The notes under the pieces were generated by a model. The model was given only the letters and a program-made list of their open reading frames with translations, had not been told where the DNA came from and did no database searches. 64,000 bases of DNA from Candidatus Omnitrophota bacterium (GTDB lineage: Bacteria; Omnitrophota; Gorgyraeia; Zapsychrales; Fredricksoniimonadaceae): NCBI GenBank assembly GCA_028865345.1, contig JAGWKL010000003.1, positions 128,184 to 192,183 of the forward strand, read 5' to 3'. Positions 51,510-59,926 of the stretch are shown here, piece by piece. The position numbers and the translations under genes are program-made. How positions within the stretch are numbered: the stretch's first letter is position 1; each line of letters begins with the position of its first letter.

Positions 51510-52606
51510 ATATTCTTTTTTTGACAACGCACCTCAATACCGGCGGTATAACAAGTTATGTGCTGACCCTGGGCGAAGGGTTGGTTAAGTCAGGGCATAA
51601 GGTATGGGTGGCCTCCAGCGGCGGGGATCGTGTGCCGCGCGTGGAAGAGTTGGGCATGCGGCATGTCACGCTCAACATCCGTACCAAATCGGAAGCCCAT
51701 CCCAAGGTATGGTTGAGTTTGGGGGCGCTTAGAAATCTGGTCCGGGAAGAAAAGATCGATTTGATCCATTCTCAGACAAGGGTCACCCAGGTTTTGGGTG
51801 CCGTATTGAGCCGTTTATCCTCTGTTGCGATGGTCACCACCTGCCACGGCTTTTTTAGGCCGCGCTGGTTCAGAAAAGCTTTCCCCTGCTGGGGCCGCGG
51901 CGTTATTGCCGTCAGTCGACCCGTGGCCAGGCATTTAAGCGAAGATTTCGGAGTTCCGCAAAACCGGATCCATCTGATCTTAAACGGCATTGATCTAAAG
52001 CGATTTGTGACTGATGCGCCCGGAGAGCGCAGATCGGTAAGGGAACAATGGGGCATCAGCGCTGCAGCGCCGCTCATAGGCATTATCGCGCGTCTCTCCA
52101 GTGTCAAAGGCATAGATATTTTGATCAAAGCCATGCCCGCCGTGCTTAAAGAGGTGCCCGAGGCCAGGTTGATTATTGTCGGGCAGGGGCCTGAAGAGTC
52201 CGCTTTAAAGAAACTGGCCCAGGACATGTCCCTGACACGGCAAGTGCATTTTAAAAATACCATCAACCAGACCCATGAAATTTTGTGCGCCTTTGATGTT
52301 TTTGTCATGCCTTCCTTGATGGAAGGCTTGGGGCTCTCGGTGATGGAAGCGCAGGCCTGCGGCATTCCGGTCGTGGCATCAAGGGTGGGAGGCCTGGTCG
52401 ACCTGATTATCGATGGCACAAGCGGCTTTCTTGTCCCCGTCCAGGATGAAAAGGCCCTGGGCGGGCGAATCGTTGAGTGCCTGGCCAACCCCCGGAAAGC
52501 GCAAGCCATGGCCAGGCAGGCGCGGTTGAATATCGAAAATTATTTTTCCGCCTCCATAATGGTTGAGAAAACCGTGCGTATTTATGAACAATATTCTTGT
52601 CGTTAA
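51506..52606 (+). CDS. Glycosyltransferase family 4
   Basis: MNILFLTTHLNTGGITSYVLTLGEGL and EGLGLSVMEAQACGIPVVASRVGG motifs. Confidence 0.8.
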   Translation: MNILFLTTHLNTGGITSYVLTLGEGLVKSGHKVWVASSGGDRVPRVEELGMRHVTLNIRTKSEAHPKVWLSLGALRNLVREEKIDLIHSQTRVTQVLGAVLSRLSSVAMVTTCHGFFRPRWFRKAFPCWGRGVIAVSRPVARHLSEDFGVPQNRIHLILNGIDLKRFVTDAPGERRSVREQWGISAAAPLIGIIARLSSVKGIDILIKAMPAVLKEVPEARLIIVGQGPEESALKKLAQDMSLTRQVHFKNTINQTHEILCAFDVFVMPSLMEGLGLSVMEAQACGIPVVASRVGGLVDLIIDGTSGFLVPVQDEKALGGRIVECLANPRKAQAMARQARLNIENYFSASIMVEKTVRIYEQYSCR

Positions 52607-53591
52607 TATCAATTGGCTGGGGGACGCGGTATTTTCCATCCCTGTTTTTAAAGCGCTCAAAAAGGCCTACCCGCAGGCAAGGATTTCCTGCTTGTGCGTG
52701 CCCAGGGTCAAGGAGGTGCTTGAGCATTGCCCTTATGTGGACAGGATCATTGTTTATGATGAAAAGGGCAGGCACCGTTATCCCTGGCAGAAATTAAAAT
52801 TGATCTTTACGTTGAGAAAAAAAAGATTCGACGCGGGCTTTTTGCTGCACCGTTCCATGACGCGCTCGCTCATGGTTTATCTTGCGGGGATACCCTTGCG
52901 CATAGGTTACGGGAAGGTCAAAGGCCTTTTGACCCACCCGGTTGCCATGGACGCGGAAGATATCCATCGCTGCGATTATTATTTAAAGGTGCCGCAGGCT
53001 TACGGGATCAAGGTCCAAACCCGCGTATGCGAATTGCGCCTGAAGCCGGAGGATATTCAAAGTCTGGATGTCAAATTAAGCGGGGCGGGGCTTGGAAAAG
53101 AAGAGAAGTATGTGGTATTGAATACCGGCGGAAACTGGGACCTGAAACGCTGGAGTCCGGATTCTTTCGCGCAGTTGGCCGGGCGCCTGCATGAACACAT
53201 GGGCCTGCGCGTCGTTTTTTCCGGAAGCGGGCAGGATCAAGAACAGTGCCAGCGCATTGCCGAAGCCTCCGGCATCCCTGCGGTGATCATGGCCGGAGCC
53301 ACGACGCTGGGAGAATCCCTGGCGCTTTATAAGCGGGCTTTGGTCGTGATTTCCGCGGACTCCGGGCCTTTGCACCTGGCCCACGGGGTGGGCGCCGATG
53401 TCATCGGGATCTATGGCCCCACGCGCCCCGAAATAACCGGCCCCAGGGGCAGCGGCCGCTGCTGCATCCTTTTTAATGGGGTGGGGTGCAATAAATCCCC
53501 TTGCTATCATCTGGCCTGCGGTAATAATATGTGCATGAAATCTGTGACGGTGGACGATGTTCTTCAAGCTTTCAAAAAATTCTGCGCCTGA
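52584..53591 (+). CDS. Glycosyltransferase family 9 (ADP-heptose:LPS heptosyltransferase-like), paralog 1
   Basis: MNNILVVNINWLGDAVFSIPVFKALKKAYPQARISCL; C-terminal DSGPLHLAHGVGADVIGIYGPT. Confidence 0.8.
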   Translation: MNNILVVNINWLGDAVFSIPVFKALKKAYPQARISCLCVPRVKEVLEHCPYVDRIIVYDEKGRHRYPWQKLKLIFTLRKKRFDAGFLLHRSMTRSLMVYLAGIPLRIGYGKVKGLLTHPVAMDAEDIHRCDYYLKVPQAYGIKVQTRVCELRLKPEDIQSLDVKLSGAGLGKEEKYVVLNTGGNWDLKRWSPDSFAQLAGRLHEHMGLRVVFSGSGQDQEQCQRIAEASGIPAVIMAGATTLGESLALYKRALVVISADSGPLHLAHGVGADVIGIYGPTRPEITGPRGSGRCCILFNGVGCNKSPCYHLACGNNMCMKSVTVDDVLQAFKKFCA

Positions 53592-54537
53592 ACGTATTTT
53601 GGTCTTCAGCCTCACGAATATCGGGGATGTGGTCCTCACATGCCCGGTCATTGATATTTTGCGTGAGAGTTTCCCTCTGGCCCGGATGGATGTGATGACC
53701 GGCCCCAAGGCGTCCTCACTTTTTGAGGATAATCCTTATTTCGGCATCAAGGTATTTGATAAGCACGCCACCATGCGCAAAAAGCAGGCGTGGTTTTCAG
53801 AGCTTCGCGCCCAGCGCTATGACTGTGTGGTTGACCTGCGCCGCACCATGCTGCCTGTTTTTTTAATGCCCAAATATGCCACGCCGGTCGCCTCATTCCA
53901 TTCTTTCAAAGGCCATAAAAGGCAGGCGCACTTAAATCATCTGCGCAGGGTTTATCATTTCGATCGTCAGGCGAGCCAGAGGTACGCTGTATTTACGACC
54001 GGAGAAGATGAGCGGTTTTTTGCCCGGAACGTGGAGCCTTTTTTAGAGGGCCGGAAATTCGCGGTGATCGCGGCAGGCACGGCTTCCGGGGAAAAACGCT
54101 GGCATGCCCAGGGTTTTATGGCTGTCGCCGATTATTTATCAGAGTCAACCAGGGTCGTTTTTGTGGGGGATACAAAAGACAGGCAGTTCATCGAATATAT
54201 CCGGGCAGGCATGAAAAACCCATCGCTGTCTTTGGCAGGCAGGATCAATTTACGGCAGGCGGCTTATGTTTTAAAGCGGTGCTCGTGGGCCTTGACCCAT
54301 GACAGCGGCATCATGCATCTGGCGTCTTATTTGGATGTGCCGCTGGTCGCCCTCTGGGGGCCCAGCCCTTTGGAAAAGTACGCGCCGTGGTCGGCAAAAT
54401 ATGTGGTTGTCAGGCGCAATGAACAATGCGCCCGCTGTCAGGACCCCAAGGCGAAGCCCGAACATAGCTGCATGTCCTTTATCGGGCCGGATGATGTCAT
54501 CAACGCCATTAAAGAGTTGCGTGATGAAAATCACTAA
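53557..54537 (+). CDS. Glycosyltransferase family 9 heptosyltransferase-like, paralog 2
   Basis: ILVFSLTNIGDVVLTCPVIDILRESFP; DSGIMHLASYLDVPLVALWGPS. Confidence 0.75.
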   Translation: MFFKLSKNSAPERILVFSLTNIGDVVLTCPVIDILRESFPLARMDVMTGPKASSLFEDNPYFGIKVFDKHATMRKKQAWFSELRAQRYDCVVDLRRTMLPVFLMPKYATPVASFHSFKGHKRQAHLNHLRRVYHFDRQASQRYAVFTTGEDERFFARNVEPFLEGRKFAVIAAGTASGEKRWHAQGFMAVADYLSESTRVVFVGDTKDRQFIEYIRAGMKNPSLSLAGRINLRQAAYVLKRCSWALTHDSGIMHLASYLDVPLVALWGPSPLEKYAPWSAKYVVVRRNEQCARCQDPKAKPEHSCMSFIGPDDVINAIKELRDENH

Positions 54538-55549
54538 GTTGTTCCATAATGTTTTGATCGTCCGTACCGACCGTATCGGAGACGTGGTGCTGACCACTCC
54601 GGCCATCAAGTCTTTGCGGCACACTTATCCCACGGCGCGCATATCCATCCTGGTCGGCCCGTCGACCAGGGATTTGGTGGACGGCAATCCGTATCTCGAT
54701 GAAGTCCTCGTCGATGAGCGCCAGGGGCGGCATCAGGGACTGTTGGGCTTCTTAAGATTGGCGCTCCAGCTGCGATCCCGGCATTTCGACCTGGCTGTGA
54801 TTTTTCATACCAAGCGCCGGTACAATCTGGCCTGCTGCCTGGCGGGCATCCCTTGCCGGCTGGGATATAAGAACGATAAATACGGATTTTTACTCACCCA
54901 TCCTTTAAAAGACACCAGACACCTCGGCGAAAAACATGAGGCGCAATATTGCAAGGATGTTTTAAGGCCCTTAGGCATCGAGGACGACGAGATGGGGGTC
55001 TTCGTGCCGCTGCAGCCGGAGGCGGAGGCGTGGGCGCTCGGAACCATGCGGGAAAACAGCCTGGTTTCCAATGAATTTATCGTCGTCCATCCGGGCGCCT
55101 CAGACCCGGCCAAGCGCTGGCCGGCGGCTGATTTTGCGAGGGTCATGGAGAGTTTGATCCAGCGGCATCCTTTTAAGATCGTTTTGATCGGCGCACCCCA
55201 GACGGCTCCTGTGGCGGCAGAAATCCTGCGCCTTGTGCCCCAGGCGTCCCAATGCTTGAATCTGACCGGACACACGACGGTGGCCCAAATGGCCAGTTTG
55301 TTGAGGCGCTCGCGATTGCTTATCTCCAATGATTCCGGTCCGGTGCATGTGGCGGCCGGGGTGGGAACAAGTGTTATTTCCATCTTTATGCGGGACGATC
55401 CGGGGATCAATGTGAAACGCTGGAAACCCCTGGGGGCCAGAAGCCATGTCTTGAACAATAAATTCCATCCCGGGGCCGTCAAGGCGGAAGATGTCCTGAA
55501 ATTGGTCGAGCAGATATTCCGCAAAAACAGCCAGTATGAAATATTTTAG
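54524..55549 (+). CDS. Glycosyltransferase family 9 heptosyltransferase-like, paralog 3
   Basis: MKITKLFHNVLIVRTDRIGDVVLTTPAIKSLRHTYPTARISIL; DSGPVHVAAGVGTSVISIF. Start ATG 54524 chosen over the longer out-of-family N-terminus. Confidence 0.8.
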   Translation: MKITKLFHNVLIVRTDRIGDVVLTTPAIKSLRHTYPTARISILVGPSTRDLVDGNPYLDEVLVDERQGRHQGLLGFLRLALQLRSRHFDLAVIFHTKRRYNLACCLAGIPCRLGYKNDKYGFLLTHPLKDTRHLGEKHEAQYCKDVLRPLGIEDDEMGVFVPLQPEAEAWALGTMRENSLVSNEFIVVHPGASDPAKRWPAADFARVMESLIQRHPFKIVLIGAPQTAPVAAEILRLVPQASQCLNLTGHTTVAQMASLLRRSRLLISNDSGPVHVAAGVGTSVISIFMRDDPGINVKRWKPLGARSHVLNNKFHPGAVKAEDVLKLVEQIFRKNSQYEIF

Positions 55550-55610
55550 CTATGATCGGTGATTCGTAGTAAAATATCTATAGTCTCCAAGAAAGGACCG
55601 GTGTTTTTTT

Positions 55611-55841
55611 ATGAAATACAAATGGCTGCCCGTATTTGATGCTGACAATTGTTCACAGTGCAGGGCTTGTGCCCCGGCCTGCCTTTGCGGTGCTATAAAG
55701 TTGAGTGAAGGCAGTATCCGTTTTGACCCGGAACTTTGTTGCAGCAGCGGCCGGTGCATTGACTCATGCCCGATAGGGGGGATCCATATGGAATGGGTGC
55801 CTTTCTTCGGTGATGCCGGCCACGGTCTTGTCAGGGCGTGA
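55611..55841 (+). CDS. Small 4Fe-4S ferredoxin-like protein
   Basis: Two cysteine clusters CSQCRACAPAC and CCSSGRCIDSCP in 76 aa. Confidence 0.65.
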   Translation: MKYKWLPVFDADNCSQCRACAPACLCGAIKLSEGSIRFDPELCCSSGRCIDSCPIGGIHMEWVPFFGDAGHGLVRA

Positions 55842-55872
55842 TTTAATCCCATATTTGTGTCTACAACATGCG

Positions 55873-55911
55873 GCCTCCGTCAGATTGTGTACTCTGCCGG
55901 AGGTTTTTGTT
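55873..55911 (+). terminator. Rho-independent terminator-like hairpin after the ferredoxin gene
   Basis: GCCTCCGTCAG-(10 nt)-CTGCCGGAGG imperfect stem followed by TTTTTGTT. Confidence 0.5.
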
Positions 55912-55978
55912 CAGGTTTTCATAGGGTTTAAGGCCGCAGGATCATTTTTGGGATGGTCCGGAAAAAATGGAGGTGTGT

Positions 55979-56182
55979 ATGTTTGAGAATTTGAATATAA
56001 GATTGAGGAGATTGGACGTTGGGGATATTGGTTTGGTCAAATGGGCCTGCGTTGTGTTCGGGATCGTCCTGGCCAAATTTTTCCCGCAGTTATTGCAAAT
56101 CAATTATATTGTTTTGGTGGCGCTCATGCTGGTCTTCAGTGTCAGGCCGACATATAAGTTTTGGATCAAGAAGGCGGCTTAA
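55979..56182 (+). CDS. Small hydrophobic membrane protein, hypothetical
   Basis: GGAGG SD 5 nt upstream of ATG 55979; two hydrophobic helices. Confidence 0.4.
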   Translation: MFENLNIRLRRLDVGDIGLVKWACVVFGIVLAKFFPQLLQINYIVLVALMLVFSVRPTYKFWIKKAA

Positions 56183-56200
56183 GTCCGCCGGGGGCGGAAC

Positions 56201-56707
56201 ATGCTTCAAACCAATAAGAAATACAACTTTGCTTTCGGCAGACGCAAGGTCGTCATCAATAAACTTTCCCACGAAGGGGAGTTTCATCCCTATGCCAAAG
56301 CGTTGGTCTTTGCCCTGTACCACAAACAGTACCGTTCGCTTCGCCTCGAGCCCCAGCTGCCGGACGAGCGTTTTCAGCCTGATTTATGCGCCATGGATTA
56401 CGACGGCACCATGCTGTTCTGGTCCGAGGTGGGCAATGTTTCTCTGTCAAAGATCGAAAAACTTTTTAAGAAATACCGCAGGGCCCATTTTGTGTTTGTC
56501 AAAGAACAACAGGATGTGCCGGGCTTTGAAAAACATCTTTCCAAACTTGTCAAATCATGTTCAAGCCTTCCGTTGATCGACATTGTGGTCTATCCGCCGC
56601 ATTTTCAGGAATGGAATGTCAGCCCGCAAGGGGATGTTTTTATCCGCAAAGAAGACCTGGAAATTGTCCGCTGGCACACGCCCCAAGGGCATAAAGAGCA
56701 TTTTTAG
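56201..56707 (+). CDS. YaeQ-family protein (putative)
   Basis: Pattern YNFAFG...FHPYAKALVFALY...PDL...LFWSEVGNVS...KKYRRAHFVFV parallels the YaeQ consensus (YKF...HPSE...PDL...LWVEVG...VVV). Confidence 0.55.
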   Translation: MLQTNKKYNFAFGRRKVVINKLSHEGEFHPYAKALVFALYHKQYRSLRLEPQLPDERFQPDLCAMDYDGTMLFWSEVGNVSLSKIEKLFKKYRRAHFVFVKEQQDVPGFEKHLSKLVKSCSSLPLIDIVVYPPHFQEWNVSPQGDVFIRKEDLEIVRWHTPQGHKEHF

Positions 56708-56727
56708 AGGCGGCAAGGGAGGGGTTT

Positions 56728-57387
56728 ATTAGAACGCTTACCGTTGCAGAGATCCAGGAATTAGACCGGTGGGCTATTGGGGCTGTGGGGATTCCGTCGC
56801 TGGTCTTGATGGAAAATGCCGGCCGCGGTGTCGCGCTGCACGTTTGCAAATATTTAAAACGTCGGAGAATGTCCAGGGTCGTCATTGTGTGCGGGGCGGG
56901 GAATAACGGCGGCGATGGTTTTGTGGCTGCCCGTTACCTGTTTAACTTTGGTTTCAGGCCCAGCGTATTTTTTATCGGGGCCCTCTCCAAACTGAAAGCG
57001 GATGCTTTGGTCAATTACCGCGCGGCAAAAAACTTGAAGATCCCTGTCAAGCCTGTCCGCCGGGAGGATGCTGCTTTCAAGAAGGCCCTTCGATCGGCAG
57101 ACGTCATCGTGGATGCGATTTTCGGCGTTGGCTTGAACCGTTCTCTTGAGGCCCCGTATGACGGGATCATTGGGGCCATTAACGCCTCCAATGCGTACGT
57201 GGTCGCGGTTGATGTCCCTTCAGGACTGGATGGCACCGGCGGGGGGATTTACGGCATTTGTGTTGTGGCCGACCTGACCGTGACTTTTAGTTTTCCCAAG
57301 AAAGGTTTTTTCAAAAAGCACGCAGCACGTTACACAGGGAGGGTTGCGGTCGTTGATATCGGCATTCCCGTAAGGACCCGTTTGTGA
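56728..57387 (+). CDS. nnrE: NAD(P)H-hydrate epimerase (YjeF N-terminal domain, NnrE)
   Basis: VVIVCGAGNNGGDGFVAARYL and VDVPSGLDGTGG motifs. Homology (TVAEIQELDRWAIGAVGIPSLVLMENAG) extends upstream of the first GTG (56785). The only SD-positioned in-frame start there is ATT at 56728, 5 nt after GGAGG. Confidence 0.6.
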   Translation: MRTLTVAEIQELDRWAIGAVGIPSLVLMENAGRGVALHVCKYLKRRRMSRVVIVCGAGNNGGDGFVAARYLFNFGFRPSVFFIGALSKLKADALVNYRAAKNLKIPVKPVRREDAAFKKALRSADVIVDAIFGVGLNRSLEAPYDGIIGAINASNAYVVAVDVPSGLDGTGGGIYGICVVADLTVTFSFPKKGFFKKHAARYTGRVAVVDIGIPVRTRL

Positions 57388-57487
57388 ATTCATTGATTGA
57401 AAGGCCGGATTAAGGTATCATTATTTCCAAGCGTTATTCCCAATCCATCAGCCGTATTTCAATAACGAGGGCATAGAACGCGCGACT

Positions 57488-58612
57488 ATGATGCAACAGG
57501 TCAGCCGGCAAAATAAGATCCGCATCGTGAACTTGAATCCCGGATGTGAGCCTTCAGGGATCCTGTTGAATAAAATTGTCATGTTTTTGCGCGTCAATGG
57601 TTATGAGTACACTTTTGACACGGAAGCGTCGTGCGATGTCGTTTTGATCAACAGTTGCTGCGTGTCCAACGCCATGATGTCAAAGATGAAAATAATGATC
57701 TCTGAGACCCTTGAGGAGGGGCAGGTTAAGAAAGTCATTATTTTCGGTTGCTTTGTTCCTTTCGCCGAAGACAGGGGGAATGATGCGCGGGTTATAATGA
57801 TCGGGCCGAAAGAGGCGGAGGAATTCGATCAATTGTTTGCGCACAGGATACCCATCGGACATGTCCCTGCCGGCCGCTTGAATTCCCGCTTGTTCAGGCC
57901 GCATCAACTCATGGATGCCGATGAGGACTATTTTGTACTGATTTGCCAGGGATGCACGCAAAACTGCAGTTACTGTAATATCAAGCGGGCCAAGGGCCGC
58001 ATCACCAGCCGCAGCGCGGAGCAGATCATCAAGGATATTCAGCAGGGGCTTAAGGAGGGCAAGAAGAACTTCGTTCTTGTAGGGGACGATTGCGGAAGTT
58101 ACGGTGTGGATCTAAAGACCGATTTGGCGTGCCTGGTCAGGGAGATCATTGACGCATGTCCGGACATTCGATTAAAAATCAATTATGTCTACCCCGGCCG
58201 TTTGATACATCTTTTTCCCTCCCTTGCGGGCAGTATTGTTTCGGGTAAAATCATTTATATGTGCGTTCCCCTGCAGTCAGGTTCAAAAAGAATTTTGAAA
58301 TTGATGAACCGGGACTATGACCTGGGCCGTTTAAGGGACATCGTGACGGAGATTAAAAAGATCGCCCCTTCTCTTTGGATCTATACCCATATGATCGTCA
58401 ATTTCCCGACAGAGACAATGGAAGATCTCGAGGACACATTACAGGCGGCCGAATGGTTTGATGATTTCGTTCTTTTTAATTATTCGGATAATCCCATGAC
58501 CGCGGCAAGCAGGTTTTACCCGAAAGTGGAAGGCCAAGAACAGGCCCAACGTTTAAGAGTTTGTATGAATAGGATCAAAAACATCCATTGCGGCAGGCTG
58601 GACCAGATTTGA
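57488..58612 (+). CDS. Radical SAM protein of the MiaB/RimO-like methylthiotransferase family, lacking a TRAM domain
   Basis: N-terminal MTTase-domain cysteines (NPGCE, NSCCV, FGCFVP) plus radical SAM CTQNCSYC (CxxxCxxC); 374 aa with no C-terminal TRAM-like extension. Confidence 0.75.
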   Translation: MMQQVSRQNKIRIVNLNPGCEPSGILLNKIVMFLRVNGYEYTFDTEASCDVVLINSCCVSNAMMSKMKIMISETLEEGQVKKVIIFGCFVPFAEDRGNDARVIMIGPKEAEEFDQLFAHRIPIGHVPAGRLNSRLFRPHQLMDADEDYFVLICQGCTQNCSYCNIKRAKGRITSRSAEQIIKDIQQGLKEGKKNFVLVGDDCGSYGVDLKTDLACLVREIIDACPDIRLKINYVYPGRLIHLFPSLAGSIVSGKIIYMCVPLQSGSKRILKLMNRDYDLGRLRDIVTEIKKIAPSLWIYTHMIVNFPTETMEDLEDTLQAAEWFDDFVLFNYSDNPMTAASRFYPKVEGQEQAQRLRVCMNRIKNIHCGRLDQI

Positions 58613-58747
58613 ATTAAATCATCCTAATAAATAATTTATCTACCCGAAAAAATCCATATACAGCCTGTAAATTTATTGTATAATTCGAATTCAGTTCATG
58701 GCTTGGTGGAATATGAATAAGGCTATGCTATACTTTGCTATCGCTTC

Positions 58748-58786
58748 GCTGGATTAGCTTAAGTTGGTAGAGCAGCTGATTTGTAA
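58748..58786 (+). pseudogene. tRNA-Thr(UGU)-like 5' fragment (acceptor 5' strand, D-arm, anticodon 5' stem and loop only); probable integration-site remnant
   Basis: GCTGGAT-TA-GCTT-AAGTTGGTA-GAGC-A-GCTGA-TTTGTAA closely parallels bacterial tRNA-Thr(UGU) up to position 38. Downstream sequence cannot pair to complete the anticodon stem, T-arm or acceptor. Confidence 0.45.
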
Positions 58787-58907
58787 AGCCTCCGAAAAAA
58801 TTTCCGCAACATGCTCCAATTCTTGTATTTAGGTCTACTGCCAATAAGTTACGAGAAAATTTGTTAGACACATTTTGCTACAAAATGGCCTGTTTTGGCA
58901 TCCTTTT

Positions 58908-59023
58908 TAGCACGCCGTTAGCACATTTTTGAACCTTAAGAAACTGAGTATCACTCAGCTTATTCAACTAAAGGGACAATAAATGGGTATTTTAATAGCC
59001 CTGCATAGCACGCTATTAGCACA
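58908..59023 (+). repeat. Two 18-nt direct repeats TAGCACGCCGTTAGCACA / TAGCACGCTATTAGCACA (each containing a TAGCAC-N5-TAGCAC internal repeat) 98 nt apart, upstream of the higBA promoter
   Basis: Repeats at 58908-58925 and 59006-59023. Further palindromes CATTTTG-CTA-CAAAATG (58871-58887) and CTGAGT-ATC-ACTCAG (58943-58957) lie in the same spacer. Confidence 0.45.
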
Positions 59024-59032
59024 CAAGCTTCT

Positions 59033-59060
59033 TGACAAATATCTCAATATGAGATATACT
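59033..59060 (+). promoter_or_regulatory. higBA promoter (TTGACA-16-TATACT) with overlapping 8-3-8 palindromic operator ATATCTCA-ATA-TGAGATAT
   Basis: -35 59033-59038; -10 59055-59060; perfect palindrome 59039-59057 between/overlapping them; GAGGAGG SD at 59071-59077. Confidence 0.6.
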
Positions 59061-59082
59061 TCTACCAGATGAGGAGGTAAAG

Positions 59083-59373
59083 ATGCATGTTATATCAAGG
59101 AGGGCGTTACAGGTCTTTTGGGAAAAGTATCCAGACAGCGAAGAGCCCCTTAAGGTCTGGTTTAAGATTATCAGGTTATCAGAATACGAAGGATTTAATG
59201 ATTTGAAGAAAACATTTGGTTCGGTAGACAAAGTCGGAGACAAATATGTGTTTAATATCGGGCGCAATAAGTATCGGTTGATTACAGCCATCCATTTTAA
59301 TGTCGGAAGGGTTTACATACGGGCTGTTTTGACACATAAAGAGTACGATAAAGAGGAGTGGAAAAATGGTTAA
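59083..59373 (+). CDS. higB: Type II toxin HigB (RelE/ParE-fold mRNA interferase)
   Basis: MHVISRRALQVFWEKYPDSEEPLKVWFKIIRL...VFNIGRNKYRLITAIHFNVGRVYIRAVLTHKEYDK is a near-canonical HigB; toxin gene precedes antitoxin. Confidence 0.9.
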   Translation: MHVISRRALQVFWEKYPDSEEPLKVWFKIIRLSEYEGFNDLKKTFGSVDKVGDKYVFNIGRNKYRLITAIHFNVGRVYIRAVLTHKEYDKEEWKNG

Positions 59374-59770
59374 AACAATCAATGAACCGGTTTTGAAAAA
59401 GACTTGGCCTGCCGTTGAGCAACATCTCTCTATTCATACAAAACAGGATTATAACAATGCCATTGCTGTGCTTAATCGTTTGTTAGATGAAGTTGGTGAT
59501 AATGACAGGCATCCTCTGTATGGCTTTTTAGAGATTTTGGGCATTGTTATAGAAAACTATGAAACAGAACATCATCATTGGGAAGATGCGTCAGGGGTTG
59601 AGGTGCTTAAAGTTTTAATGGAAGAGCACAATCTAAACCAAGCCGATCTTCCTGAAATAGGTTCCCAAGGAGTTGTTTCAGAAATATTGAACGGTAAAAG
59701 ACAATTAAATGTGAACCAGATCAAGAAATTAGCCGAAAGATTTAATGTAGGCCCAGCTGTTTTTTTATGA
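59366..59770 (+). CDS. higA: Antitoxin HigA (XRE-family HTH)
   Basis: Overlaps higB by 8 nt; C-terminal HTH ...NQADLPEIGSQGVVSEILNGKRQLNVNQIKKLAERFNV. Confidence 0.85.
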   Translation: MVKTINEPVLKKTWPAVEQHLSIHTKQDYNNAIAVLNRLLDEVGDNDRHPLYGFLEILGIVIENYETEHHHWEDASGVEVLKVLMEEHNLNQADLPEIGSQGVVSEILNGKRQLNVNQIKKLAERFNVGPAVFL

Positions 59771-59926
59771 AAGAATTAAACGGCGGGCTTTGCGCTGGCC
59801 ACAAACATTTCGCATAAATTCGTAACCAACAATTGATTATTTGTTAAAACCAACAAATTCATAATTTAACATTTGTTACCTAACAATATAGACTATTTTA
59901 GTAGTTGTTTGGTAATAGGAGGGGTT

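Noticed and set aside
56785-57387. Taking GTG 56785 as the nnrE start
   Set aside because: Conserved YjeF-N residues continue roughly 20-30 codons upstream in frame, so this start would truncate the domain. An ATT start at 56728 or a sequence error is more consistent.
58748-58830. Calling the tRNA-Thr-like sequence an intact tRNA gene
   Set aside because: After the anticodon loop (TTTGTAA) the next bases (AGCCTCCGAAAAAATTTCCG) cannot form the anticodon 3' stem, T-arm or acceptor 3' strand. Only the 5' 39 nt are tRNA-like.
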